DNA of 64,000 nt, from the IMG/VR virus record IMGVR_UViG_3300050821_007016, positions 10,648 to 74,647 of that record; one strand, 5' to 3'. Positions within the stretch are counted from its first letter, which is position 1, and each line of letters begins with the position of its first letter. A program made the translations under genes and the position numbers. The stretch is from a virus. Below, one piece after another: positions 18,096 through 28,200 of the stretch. Below the pieces are notes generated by a model that searched no databases, was not told where the DNA came from, and was given only the letters and a program-made list of their open reading frames with translations.

Positions 18096-18749
18096 TCACC
18101 CTCCTGCTGCCGGTCGGCGCATGGCCGAGGCGTCCTCGACGTTGCCGACCTCGGGGCGCGTCGAGCGCGGCACCCGCGGGTCCTTCCCCATGCTTTTCGG
18201 GTCGAGCGGCTCAAGGCCGCTGCGCTCCGCGGCGTGCTCCCTGGCGAACCCCGCGACGTGGTCGGCGCTCTCGTGCGCGAAGATCATGTTGTTCATCACC
18301 AGCGGGTTAAGCCTGTTCTGCTTCATCCACTCGTCGAAGAACTCTTTGTCGACTCCGGCGTTCATCGCGGCGCCCGCGACGATCAACGGCCGATCGGGAA
18401 AGCCATCTGGCGCCGTGCCGCGCGGGTATGCAGTGCCCCTCAGGCGGACCACCTTGCCGACCCGGATCGCCTCCTTGACCGTGCGCGCGCCCTGCAGCGA
18501 CTGCTCGGTCTTCTCGACGATCTGGCAGAGCTGGATGTCGAAGTAGGCCACCCCCAACTTGCAGCCCACCGTCACGGTGTTACCTGACCTGCTCGGCGTC
18601 GCCAGCTCGCCGTGCGCGTCAGCCACAGCGCCGGGATTCTTGATCTGCGCCTCAGCCAGCTTCTCGGTCTCGGTGGGCGCGCCCTCCGCCCTCTGCGCCG
18701 CGATCTTCGCCGCCCGCGCCTCGCGCTTCTCCTGTGCCGTCATCGCCAT
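18096..18749 (-). CDS. Capsid-downstream protein typical of DUF2184 phages
   Basis: VTVGCKLG...VRLRG...VDKEFFDEWMKQN...SGLEPLDP. Confidence 0.75.
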   Translation of the reverse strand: MAMTAQEKREARAAKIAAQRAEGAPTETEKLAEAQIKNPGAVADAHGELATPSRSGNTVTVGCKLGVAYFDIQLCQIVEKTEQSLQGARTVKEAIRVGKVVRLRGTAYPRGTAPDGFPDRPLIVAGAAMNAGVDKEFFDEWMKQNRLNPLVMNNMIFAHESADHVAGFAREHAAERSGLEPLDPKSMGKDPRVPRSTRPEVGNVEDASAMRRPAAGG

Positions 18750-18804
18750 CTCGTGGTCTCCCCTGCCGTTTCGGCGCGGAGCTTATGCACAATTTGCTAC
18801 AGAA

Positions 18805-18839
18805 CACAAACGGGCCGGAGAGGGGACCCTCCGACCCGT
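18805..18839 (-). terminator. Terminator after major capsid gene
   Basis: acgggtcggag/ctccggcccgt stem followed by tttgtgtt. Confidence 0.6.
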
Positions 18840-18871
18840 CACGCGCTGGCCCTTCCTAGCAAGGACTTTTA

Positions 18872-19987
18872 TCAGACGCCGAGCATGCCGCTGACGGCGA
18901 AGGGCATCCGAAGGATCGTTCCCCACACGCCGCTGGTCATCTTCTGCTTCCAGCTGGAGGGCTCGGGGATGAGCTTGTGCGAGCGGAGCTTCTCGTTGAA
19001 GGCCGGGTAGGCGACCTTCTGGTTGTCGACCTTGTCCACGATGATCTGGAACAGGTTGCCGACGGCCGAGTAGCCCTGGTTGTTCGTGGTCGTCTTGGCG
19101 CCGTACTGCGGGGCCGGGACGATCTTCATGTTCGGGAAGCCCTCTTTCAAAAGTCCCGCCACCGTCACGCCGAAGGAGTTCGCGAACTTCATCGCCAGCT
19201 GCGACTGCGGCGACAGCGCCAGCGTCATCGGGTCGTCCATGCCGACGGCGCCGTTGGTCTGGTTGATGATCTGCTCCACCACGGCGAGGATGTCGTTGTA
19301 GACCTCGTTGGCGGTAGCTGCCGGCGAGCCGGAGTTGAACCAGGTGGTGCCGCCCCAAGCCTTCACCGCCGGCGACAGGTAGGCCGACAGGAACGGGTTG
19401 TTGAGCAGGCCGTAGTTCTGCAGGTTCACGATGCCGAACGCGTAGGCGAGGTTGCCGAAGCGGTTGAGCAGGCCTGAGGCCGTGCCCGTCAGCTCGCTGA
19501 CGTAGTTGATCCGCATCAGTCCGGCCCGCTCCGTCTCCCGCTCGCCGTAGGCGATGAAGGTCTGGAAGAGGTACGACTGGAACTGCGGGTAGTTGAAGTT
19601 GATGCCGGTGCGGCCGTTGTTCGAGAAGTCGTCGTAGCTGGTGACCTCGCCGTCCTCTTCGATGACCGGGAAGATGCGGGTCTCTTCGAGCCAGTCGCCG
19701 GCCTTCTTCTCGCCGCCGAGGATTTTCGCGATCTGCAGCGGCGCGAACACGACGCGGATCACGTCGGGGTCGATCGCCGTCGTCAGCATCATCGGCAGCG
19801 CCGCGTTCGGGTCGGTCGAGAGGTTGCCCGCGGCGTCCATCGCCAGCCCGACTAGGGACCGGTCCGAGTTCTTCCACTCGTCGGGCACGAGCATCCTGAC
19901 GCCGGGGAGAACCAGCCCGTTGGCCTCGTAGACCGGCCTAAGCTCATTCCACGCTGCGATCGCTGCATTCCGGTCCATCGAGGTCAC
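18872..19987 (-). CDS. Major capsid protein (DUF2184 family)
   Basis: LAMDAA...IDPDVIRVVFAP...KKAGDW...YGERE...YGLLNNP...QKMTSGVWG. Confidence 0.9.
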   Translation of the reverse strand: MTSMDRNAAIAAWNELRPVYEANGLVLPGVRMLVPDEWKNSDRSLVGLAMDAAGNLSTDPNAALPMMLTTAIDPDVIRVVFAPLQIAKILGGEKKAGDWLEETRIFPVIEEDGEVTSYDDFSNNGRTGINFNYPQFQSYLFQTFIAYGERETERAGLMRINYVSELTGTASGLLNRFGNLAYAFGIVNLQNYGLLNNPFLSAYLSPAVKAWGGTTWFNSGSPAATANEVYNDILAVVEQIINQTNGAVGMDDPMTLALSPQSQLAMKFANSFGVTVAGLLKEGFPNMKIVPAPQYGAKTTTNNQGYSAVGNLFQIIVDKVDNQKVAYPAFNEKLRSHKLIPEPSSWKQKMTSGVWGTILRMPFAVSGMLGV

Positions 19988-20009
19988 TCCTGCCTTAGTT
20001 GTCCTGGCC

Positions 20010-20969
20010 TCAGTTGTTGCCAGCGTCGCTGGTCGAGCTGATCTTGACGAGTTCGCCGACCAGGCCGGTCGACCTGGCGAAGAACTTAGTTTCCACCGCG
20101 AGGCTCGCGGTGATCGTGGTCGAGCTGACCACCGTGTTGTTGTTGACGACCATCGTGCCGCCGGTGCCGCCGGAGCCGGTGAGGTTCGCCGTGATGACGG
20201 TGCCGGCCACCACGTTCGTGCCGGTCAGCTGGTCGCCGACCGCGAAGGTGCCGGTCGCCGTACCGATCGTCAGCGTGCCGTAGGTGCCCGAGATGGTCTC
20301 GGAGACCGCAGTGATCTCGCCGACGTTGAGGGAGTAGGTGCCGACGCCGCCCGGGGTTCCGGTCAGCTGCGAGACGATCTGTGGTGCCGGAGCGGTCGGG
20401 ATGCCGGTGCCCGAGATCGAGCCGCCGACCACGACCGTGCCGGAGCCGACGACGGTGACCGTCATCACGTTGCCCGAGACCGAGCCGGTGACCGAGAAGG
20501 TCGAGGCCGCGATCGAGGAGGCGGTCGCCGAGGCCCCGCCGAAGATGGTGCCGGCAGTCGCGAACGCCACCTTGCCGGTGGCGACGAAGGCGAACGCCTT
20601 CTGGCCGACCTCAGCCTCGGTGGTGCCGTCGTTCTGGACGAGGAAGTCGCCCGCGATCTGCAGCGCGGTCTGCGCGCCGGGCTGGACCTGCATGCCGGCG
20701 TCCGAGAGGAACGTGGTGTTCAGCGCCTGCTGGTTCTTCATCAGGAAGCCGTTCGGCGCGCCGTTGCCGTTGCTGTTGGCCAGCGTCGGTCCGCCGTTGG
20801 GGTCGAGCGGCTGCGTCACCCAGGCGAAGCGCCCGACGAACAGCGAGGTGCCCGAGACCAGCCCGCCGGGGCCGGCTGGATACGAGAAGATCGGGTTCTG
20901 GCTCCAACGGTCGCCCGCCACGCCGATCGCCGGCTGAAGGAAAACCTGCGTCTGAAAGCCGCTGGCCAT
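20010..20969 (-). CDS. Capsid cement/decoration protein with tandem inserted modules
   Basis: FQTQV...GVAGD...NP...VGRFAW...GDF...VETKF...GELVKIS; lies between protease and capsid. Confidence 0.8.
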   Translation of the reverse strand: MASGFQTQVFLQPAIGVAGDRWSQNPIFSYPAGPGGLVSGTSLFVGRFAWVTQPLDPNGGPTLANSNGNGAPNGFLMKNQQALNTTFLSDAGMQVQPGAQTALQIAGDFLVQNDGTTEAEVGQKAFAFVATGKVAFATAGTIFGGASATASSIAASTFSVTGSVSGNVMTVTVVGSGTVVVGGSISGTGIPTAPAPQIVSQLTGTPGGVGTYSLNVGEITAVSETISGTYGTLTIGTATGTFAVGDQLTGTNVVAGTVITANLTGSGGTGGTMVVNNNTVVSSTTITASLAVETKFFARSTGLVGELVKISSTSDAGNN

Positions 20970-21006
20970 GTTCTGTCTCTCCTACTTCGCGGTTCGAGGC
21001 TGCGCC

Positions 21007-23190
21007 TCACAGGGTCGAGATGTTCTCCAGGCCGGGGGCCAGCTTGAGCGCCTTGTCCACCGCGTCCATCGCGATCGTCTGCGAGGAGTGATGCTCGGGC
21101 GCCCGCGCGCCGGCCTTCGGCAGCGTCTTGAGGATCGGCAGCAGCGCGTCAGCGTGGAGCGTCTTGGCGCCGTCCACGCTACGCATGACCAAGGCGTGGC
21201 GGTAGACGTCGGCCGCGCTGTCGAACGCCATCTTGGAGTCGATCTCGCCGACCCACGGCGCGACCTCCGCGATCGCCACCCTGACGCCGCGCTCGTTGTC
21301 CTTGAGTGCCTTCAGCTGCTTCTGGAACTCAGCGGCCTGCACCTGCAGCGCCGCGTCCATCGCCGGCTTGCTCACCATGTCCTTGTCCTTCTCGTCTTTG
21401 TCCGGGAACTCGTCGCCGCCAGCCGGGCTGGCCGAGAGGTTGCTCGACGGTCCGCCCGCGGCGATGTTCTGCCATTCGGGGGGCATCATGTCGCAGACCT
21501 TCTGGATGTCGTCCTCGCCCATGCCCTTCTCGCGCAGGAAGGCTTTCATCGGCTCGGCGTCGAAACCCTTCTTCTCGCCGGACTCGGCGCCTGGCGGGAA
21601 ATCCTTCTTCTGGGGCTCTGGCTTGTCGATCGGGCCGACCTTCGCGGCCTCCTCGACCTCCTCCGGCTTGCCGCCGAACGGCTCGTCAGAAGCTTCCATG
21701 CCGCTGAAGGCGTCGACGGCCTTAGCGAGGTCCTCCATCGAGGCGTCGAGCGCTATGCCCTTGCGGAGCTTGCCCTCGGCCGCCTTGCGGATGCCGGCCA
21801 GCAGGTCCTTCTTGCTGGCGTTGAAATTCTTGGTGGTGAGCGACTTGAACAGATCGACCGGCAGCGTGATCTTCTGGTCCATCGCGATTTGCGGCGCGAT
21901 CTTCGCGGCCACGTGGTTGAGGACAACCGCTGCAAACCTGGTCGGCTTAGCCATCTCGCTCTCCTTGAGTGCCTCGTCGCCGACGACCACGTCGGGTCCG
22001 GCTCGTCCGTCTTCCACTAACGCTACGTGATTGAAAACGATGTCCCGCATCACTCCGTCGTAGTCGGTACCACGGAAATTTCCCGGTGTCATGTCCGGCT
22101 TGTAGTGGTAGCCGGCCGACAGCTCCTGCTGCCTTCCGGTCTCTATCGCGTCGATCGCCTCCTGCGAGTTAACGAACAGCGAGTTGTCGAGGTACTCGCC
22201 ATCGAACTCCGCGTCGGTCCCGAGCGAGCCAACGGTCTCATACGGGTGATGGTCGTCCGCGCTTACGGGCACGTGTTTGATAAGCAATTGCACGCCATTC
22301 AGCGTCGGCGCGGCCTTCGCAAGCTCCTCCGGGTCCCGTAGCAAAAAGTAGACGCGGTCGGGCTCCAGCCCGATCTCTTCCCAGCCCGGAATCTCCTCGC
22401 CGCGGTAGGGGCAAACGTTGGCCTTCGAGACGTGGGTTCGCTTGACGATCAGCCGGCCGTCGCGGGTCTTCTCGCGGACCGAGTCGCGGTCCATCGCGAT
22501 CTCGAATCGCGAATCAGCGCGCGGGCCGAACGACCTGTCCATCGCCATCGCGGAGTCCTGCGCCTGACTGACTCGATCTGAGTCACTCTTCTTCGGCGTC
22601 TGCGAGTTGCAGCACGCCTTCGGCTCGATCGGCCGGTCCTCGTGGAAGTAATCGCCGAGCTTCTCGTTCAGCTCCTCGTACCAGCCGCACTTCTCGTTGC
22701 CGCCGTAGAAGCAGTTCTCGCAGCGCACCGCGCGCTCGACGTAGCCGACCTCCTCCTTGGACGCGGAACCCCCCGCGCCCTCGGCCAGCTTGCCGGCGTG
22801 CTCCTTGACGACGCCTGGGTCCGGCGTGGCGTCCGGCGTGGGCCAGGACGCGAACTCGCCGCACGACCCGCAGTCTTCGCCGCCATCAACGGCCTCCTGC
22901 GATCCCAGCACCACGCAGAGGTCGCAGCCCTTCTTGTGCTTGCCCTCCGCCGGCATCGCGTCCTTCGGAACCAGCATCCGGCAGGCGTAGCACTGCGCGT
23001 GCTGGTCGCGCATCTCCGGCGCCGCGTTCTTCGGCGGCTCCATATACTCGAAGATCGAGCGGTCGTTCTTGGGGGCCGATTCGTCGGCGGCGACGAACTC
23101 CTCGCCCACCTTCTTCGGAATGCCGAGCGTCGAGTGGCCGTGCGCTGCGGCCTCCATCGCGTTATGCTGCTTCTCGCTCACTGACGGCAT
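21007..23190 (-). CDS. DUF2213 prohead protease/scaffold with N-terminal Cys-rich extension
   Basis: SKANVCPYRGEEIP...HVPV...ELSAGY...NHVALVEDGRAGPDVVVGD. Confidence 0.9.
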   Translation of the reverse strand: MPSVSEKQHNAMEAAAHGHSTLGIPKKVGEEFVAADESAPKNDRSIFEYMEPPKNAAPEMRDQHAQCYACRMLVPKDAMPAEGKHKKGCDLCVVLGSQEAVDGGEDCGSCGEFASWPTPDATPDPGVVKEHAGKLAEGAGGSASKEEVGYVERAVRCENCFYGGNEKCGWYEELNEKLGDYFHEDRPIEPKACCNSQTPKKSDSDRVSQAQDSAMAMDRSFGPRADSRFEIAMDRDSVREKTRDGRLIVKRTHVSKANVCPYRGEEIPGWEEIGLEPDRVYFLLRDPEELAKAAPTLNGVQLLIKHVPVSADDHHPYETVGSLGTDAEFDGEYLDNSLFVNSQEAIDAIETGRQQELSAGYHYKPDMTPGNFRGTDYDGVMRDIVFNHVALVEDGRAGPDVVVGDEALKESEMAKPTRFAAVVLNHVAAKIAPQIAMDQKITLPVDLFKSLTTKNFNASKKDLLAGIRKAAEGKLRKGIALDASMEDLAKAVDAFSGMEASDEPFGGKPEEVEEAAKVGPIDKPEPQKKDFPPGAESGEKKGFDAEPMKAFLREKGMGEDDIQKVCDMMPPEWQNIAAGGPSSNLSASPAGGDEFPDKDEKDKDMVSKPAMDAALQVQAAEFQKQLKALKDNERGVRVAIAEVAPWVGEIDSKMAFDSAADVYRHALVMRSVDGAKTLHADALLPILKTLPKAGARAPEHHSSQTIAMDAVDKALKLAPGLENISTL

Positions 23191-23203
23191 GGCGTCGCGT
23201 TTA

Positions 23204-23425
23204 TCACGCGACCCGATTCCGCACAAACCGGATGCGCTGCTCTCCGGGCAGCTTCGCCCTCGGGTTGCCCTCGTCGTCCAGGATCGACTGCACCAGCATG
23301 TCCTTGATGATGACCTTCATCAGCCTCTGGACCAGGCGCCGCCGGGAAATCTGACGGATGCGGCAGCAGGCATCGATGTAGTTGGCCTGTTCCTCGCTCA
23401 GAGTCATTTTGACCCTGATGTCCAC
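23204..23425 (-). CDS. Small putative ribbon-helix-helix protein
   Basis: VKMTLSEEQANYIDACCRIRQISRRRLVQRL; GGAGG before GTG; start uncertain. Confidence 0.45.
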   Translation of the reverse strand: MDIRVKMTLSEEQANYIDACCRIRQISRRRLVQRLMKVIIKDMLVQSILDDEGNPRAKLPGEQRIRFVRNRVA

Positions 23426-23426
23426 G

Positions 23427-23621
23427 TCATCTACCTCCATCGGATTTTGCGATCCTAACGCATTCGTAACCTTCGAACTTGTGCAACCGATGGACCAACT
23501 GGACTCCATCGCCGGCGCACTCGCCTTGAAACTCATACGCTTGAGCCAGGGCGTGAGCCTCGCACTGAAGCTTGTGCGTGTATTCGGTGGATGAACAAGT
23601 CAGCAGGACCAGGAACCACAT
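23427..23621 (-). CDS. Small hypothetical protein
   Basis: 64-aa ORF fitting the gap. Confidence 0.45.
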   Translation of the reverse strand: MWFLVLLTCSSTEYTHKLQCEAHALAQAYEFQGECAGDGVQLVHRLHKFEGYECVRIAKSDGGR

Positions 23622-23624
23622 GAT

Positions 23625-24149
23625 TCACCCCATCATCCCCGGCATGAAGCAGCGGATGTGATAGCTGCCCGTGTCGCCGTACCATTCGCGGCTTCCCCAC
23701 ACCATCGCCGGACCGTACTTGTTCGGATCGGTGACGACGGCCTCGTCGGGCACGTTGATCCACTTCTGCTCGATCATCACCTTGTAGTGGTTGGCCCCGC
23801 GCTCGTCCCTGTAGGTGTCCCATTCGGCGTCCTTGACAAGCGCGCCGTCCTGGTTCGAGCAGCAACGCGCCTTTCGGCTGCCGTCCGGTGCGCCCTGCGA
23901 GTGGAGCTGATTGAACCAGTCATTCAGGTCGACGCGATGGTGGAGGGGGTCGTGCGCGGCGACTTCGCCAAAGCCAGCCAAAAAAAGATAGATGACCGCG
24001 GTGACGATCGCGAGGCTGAGCAGGCCCATGAACGCCTTAGTCGCCCGCTCCCGCCACACCTCCGACGACAGCTCGATCAGCATGATGAGCGAGCAGATCG
24101 CGACCAGCACGACGAACGTCATAAACGTCTTGAATACGATCTCATTCAT
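23625..24149 (-). CDS. Membrane-anchored Cys-containing protein of a Rhizobiales-type family
   Basis: Two TM segments, then WF..L...CC...D...W..VPD.AVV...N..G.A.VW...IRCFMPG. Confidence 0.65.
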   Translation of the reverse strand: MNEIVFKTFMTFVVLVAICSLIMLIELSSEVWRERATKAFMGLLSLAIVTAVIYLFLAGFGEVAAHDPLHHRVDLNDWFNQLHSQGAPDGSRKARCCSNQDGALVKDAEWDTYRDERGANHYKVMIEQKWINVPDEAVVTDPNKYGPAMVWGSREWYGDTGSYHIRCFMPGMMG

Positions 24150-24259
24150 GGCCCCTTCCCCCGATTCGAATCCCTTAAGCTATTCAACCACGTTTGGGGA
24201 AGGTTGCCACACCATGGCCTCACAGCCGTCGGATTTTCGTCACGAGTGACGTTTTGGCA

Positions 24260-25048
24260 TCAGCTGAAGCCTTTGATGACCGACCGGCTCACGCAGCGGC
24301 AGTTGATCAGCGTCCCCGGCCAGATGTAGTCGTTCACCTTGGGATCGGGATCGAACCAGCCCTTCGCCGGATCGTACTCCTTGCCGGAGTTGGCGAGGTG
24401 GGTCGGGCGCGGCTCCTTGCCGCCGTGGGAGTGAAGCCAGACCGCCTTCAGGCCCAGTTCGACCTGGCGCACGCGGACGAACACTGAAGTCGCCTTGTTG
24501 TTTTGATCTCGGGCGATCAGCGCGGCGCGCGCCCGCGTCAGGTCATAGCGCGCCTCCAGCATCTTCGTCAGCGAGCCGAGGTCGCGGCCGGCGGTGACCG
24601 AGCGCATCACCAGGCCCTCGACGTCCGAATGATACTTCTGCGCGATCGAGCGGATCAGCCCGACGTTCTCCGCGATCGTCGCCTCGTAGGCGTCGCGCAT
24701 GGTGGGCGTCATGTTGAAGGCGATCGTCATCCCGGAATCGCCGAGGATGCGCTTGAGCGACGCCGCGGACCGACGCTCGGCCGACTTGGCGAACCAGCGC
24801 GCCAGCTTCGGCGCCGTCTCGTTGATCCGCTTCTCCCAGCGCTTGCCGAGGTAGGAAAGCTCGCGCTGCAGCTCCTTGGCCGGCGTCGCGTCCATCGCCA
24901 GCCGCGGCGGATTGTCCCGGTACTGCGCCTTGATCCAGTGCGCGTAGGACCGCGCCATAGCCTCGACCAGAGCCGCGATCCGGCGGCGGTAGTCGGCCTG
25001 GATGCCGGCGTTGGGGTGCACGGGCCGGAGCGGCTTACTCTTCTTCAA
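24260..25048 (-). CDS. Head morphogenesis protein (Mu gpF / SPP1 gp7 family)
   Basis: RAALIARDQNNKA...WLHS...PRPTH...PGTLINCRC; start approximate. Confidence 0.88.
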   Translation of the reverse strand: MKKSKPLRPVHPNAGIQADYRRRIAALVEAMARSYAHWIKAQYRDNPPRLAMDATPAKELQRELSYLGKRWEKRINETAPKLARWFAKSAERRSAASLKRILGDSGMTIAFNMTPTMRDAYEATIAENVGLIRSIAQKYHSDVEGLVMRSVTAGRDLGSLTKMLEARYDLTRARAALIARDQNNKATSVFVRVRQVELGLKAVWLHSHGGKEPRPTHLANSGKEYDPAKGWFDPDPKVNDYIWPGTLINCRCVSRSVIKGFS

Positions 25049-25241
25049 GGTCCTCGCCCTCGGCTGCGGCCTCGTAGTCGGCTCGCAGATCATCGTCCGA
25101 ATCGCCGCCGAGCACCGATTCAAACGCCTCTTCCTCGGCGTCGCGATCGGCGATCGACCGCGAGGCCTCCTCCGGCGTCATGATCGAGATCGAGCCATCA
25201 GCCATCTCACCCGGTGCCCACTTTGCCTTGTCAGAGTTCAT
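25035..25241 (-). CDS. Small acidic hypothetical protein
   Basis: 68 aa, GGAGG RBS, overlaps its neighbours. Confidence 0.5.
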   Translation of the reverse strand: MNSDKAKWAPGEMADGSISIMTPEEASRSIADRDAEEEAFESVLGGDSDDDLRADYEAAAEGEDLEEE

Positions 25242-28200
25242 GCCATTCCTCCAGGTGAATCACGGTGGTGGCGCCGGTCGACAGCGCCTGGGACAGCTTC
25301 TCTACCTTGCCAACCTTGAAATAGGTGCGTCCGGCGAAGACTACCTCATCCTCGCCGCCGTGGACCGACAGCTTCTTGATGTCGGCCGCTCGTGAACTTC
25401 CCTTGGTGGGCGTCACGACGAACCGCACGTTGCCGCTAAAGACGCCGTTCGGCTTCTTCTTGCTTGTGCTCATTAGAGCCTTTTCCTGAATGATATGGCC
25501 CTCGGCGTAGTAGGCGATCTGCTCCTGAGACAAGTTCGTGTTGCGGATGAGGGGTTCGCCCTGGTAGCTCGGCATCGACTTGAGTGCCTTGTTGACCATC
25601 GCGACGTAGACGTGCTGGGCCGGGGTCCATTTGTCGGAGCGCAGCGCGGCGTTGACCTGGCCGAAACCCCCGTCGCTATAGTTCTTTATCAGCGCGCATT
25701 CGAAGCCGGAGATCGGGTATCCGTATGCCTCGGCCTCCTTTGCATACTTCTGGAAGTCCTCGACCAGGTCCGCCTTGCCCATCATCTTCGCCAGAGCGTC
25801 GAAGCCCTCGGCCTGGGTCTCGGATATGCCGAGTTCCTTGATGTATTTCTTGTTCTTTTCGGCCTTTTCCTTGGCGAGCGCGACGGCCTTGTCCGCGAGT
25901 GCCTTTGCGTGGGCGGCTGCCTGGGCTTTCTCGGCCTCTAGCTTTGCTGCAGCTGCCTTTTGCTGTTCGCTCTGCAGCGGCTTCATTGCCTCGACGAGGT
26001 CTTTGAAGTCGTTGACCTTCTCTTGCAGCTTATCTGGCGTGGTTTTATTGAGCCACTTAGCGTTGAACTCGTTGACTAATCCTTGCGCCTTCAGGCTGTC
26101 CTGGGGCGCCCCCGGGACATATTGAATTTTCAGCGGCACATTCTTTTTCGCCTTTTCCAGCTCTCCCGCGGTCGCTGGACCGTGCTTCGTGGCAGGTGGC
26201 GGCGCTGGCGCCTTTGGTGGCTCCTGCTTGATCTCGACCTTCTGAGGCTCGGGTTTCGATTTGGCAGCCTCGGCTTTGGCCGCGGCCAGTTCCTCCGGCG
26301 TCATCTTCACGCCCTTGTATTTGGTGACGCCGCCCTCCTTGGTTTTCTCCAACTTCATGCCGAGGGTTTTCGCCATCTGAGGCATCGAGATAGTCGGCCA
26401 GTTCAGCGCCGCCAGCATCTCCTGCGTCGTAGTCCCCTTCGTGAGCAGGTGCGCGGCGTGCTCCTTTTTCGATTTGAATGCGGGCGTCGATCCCCCGCCG
26501 CCGCCTCCAGAGGTGAACTTGCCATCTGGCGCCCGGGGATGCTTGGACTCCTCGAAGGAGGCCTCGTCAGTGGCGCCAAAAGGGCCGGCGGCATCGTTAG
26601 CCCCGCCTCCCTCTCCGCCTTGCCCGTCGGCCTCTTTCTCGAACTCGGTGGCGCTCCCTCCCGCGCCCGGCCCGAGCAGGCCCTCCTCGGCCGGCGGCTC
26701 CGGCACGTCGTCGGGGTCGAGCCCGGTATAGGGCAGGTCCGGGTCCTCGATGATCGCCTTCCTGATCTCGCCCGGCGCCAGCGCGCCCATGTCGACGTAC
26801 TTCTGGTTGCGGTCGGCGTCGTCCTTCTCCTTCTGGCCCTTCTCCGCCAGCGTCATCTCGCGCAGCGGCTTCCATGTGAAGGTGATCTCGGGGTCGATCT
26901 CGCCCCACAGCGACAGCTGCTCGAAGTTGATGATCCGCCGCAGGTTCGGGTCCAGCACCCGCTTCTGGTAGGCCGCGATCGTGTCGTCGTAGGTCTTGAT
27001 CTCGCCCTCGCTCGACGCGTTCAGCCCCGAGGGCTGGATGCCGGTGAACTTCACGAGCGGGATGCGGTGCACGCTCGCCATGTGCTCCTGCGCCTGCGCC
27101 TGCAGCTCGTGCAGCCCGCTCAGCGGCGCGGACACGTTGGCGAAGTCCTCGGTCGCTTCGTTGATCACGTAGGTGTTGGCGTTGTCGCGCATCATGTTGA
27201 ACATCGCGACGCGGGACAGCATCTGCGCCGCGTTGTTGTTGTTCAACAGCGTCGACAGGTCGGTCTTGAGCACCATCACCGAGAACGAGTGGATCAGCTG
27301 CGCCACCGAGGAGCGGGTCTGCAGCCAGATGTCGACGTATGGCTTGGCCATCTCCGACAGCGATATGCCGCCGAAAGCGTAGGCCGGCTTGAGCATGTCC
27401 GGCACCGGGTGCGCGATGAACGTCTGCAGCCGCGAGCCGTGGAACTCCTTGCCCATCACGAACCAGACCTGCGGGTTGTACCAGTCCGCCCGCGTCGGGT
27501 CCCACGCGTTGTAGGCCAGCGGGTAGGTCCAGACCGGCTCGATCGTTTGCAGCCGCTTGAACGAGCCGGGCGTGACCTTGCTCCGGCTGACTGCGTCATC
27601 GGCGACGCCGGTGCCGATCGCCGTCTTCATCTCGTCCGCCGTCGGCTCGATGTTGTTGGTCCAGATGTCCAGCAGCAGGTGCGACCGGCCGAAGAAGCCG
27701 TTGTTGCGCGACTGCGCGTGGAAGCGGTGCGCGACCTCCAGCCGGAGCTGGTCGTCCTGCAGCGCCTTGACCTTGTCGGTCTTGCCGGCCTCCTTGACGC
27801 GCTTCCTCTTCTCGTCCGGATCGGCCATGCGCTCGGCGAAGCCCTCCGGGTCTTTCTCGGCCTCCTCCTGGTTGGCCTTCTCGTCGCCGACCACATCAAA
27901 ATCAATCCATTCTCTCGTCGCATCGTCGGCGATCGTCTCGGCCATCACCCGATACTCGGGCCGCTGCGCCAGGGCGCTTAGGAAGCTGTAGCCAAGGAAG
28001 CCATTGCCGTCGCCGGGGAAGTTGTCGAAGCTGCCGCCGGCCGCCCACGCGTCGCTGCAGAAGCTGAGGTTGCCCATCAGGGCGCTGTCCATCGCCATCG
28101 ACATCGTGGCCGGGACCGCAGCCTTCGGGAAATCCGGCAGCCGGAACGGCGAGTTGTCCCTGGTGCGCTCGACGCGCTGCGAGTAGCGCTCGAAGACCTC

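Noticed and set aside
24150-24259. tRNA suggested by TTCGAATCCC
   Set aside because: No cloverleaf could be built (no D arm or acceptor stem).
25035-25241. Immunity protein for the portal-fused ART
   Set aside because: Position and acidity fit, but there is no sequence evidence; left as hypothetical.
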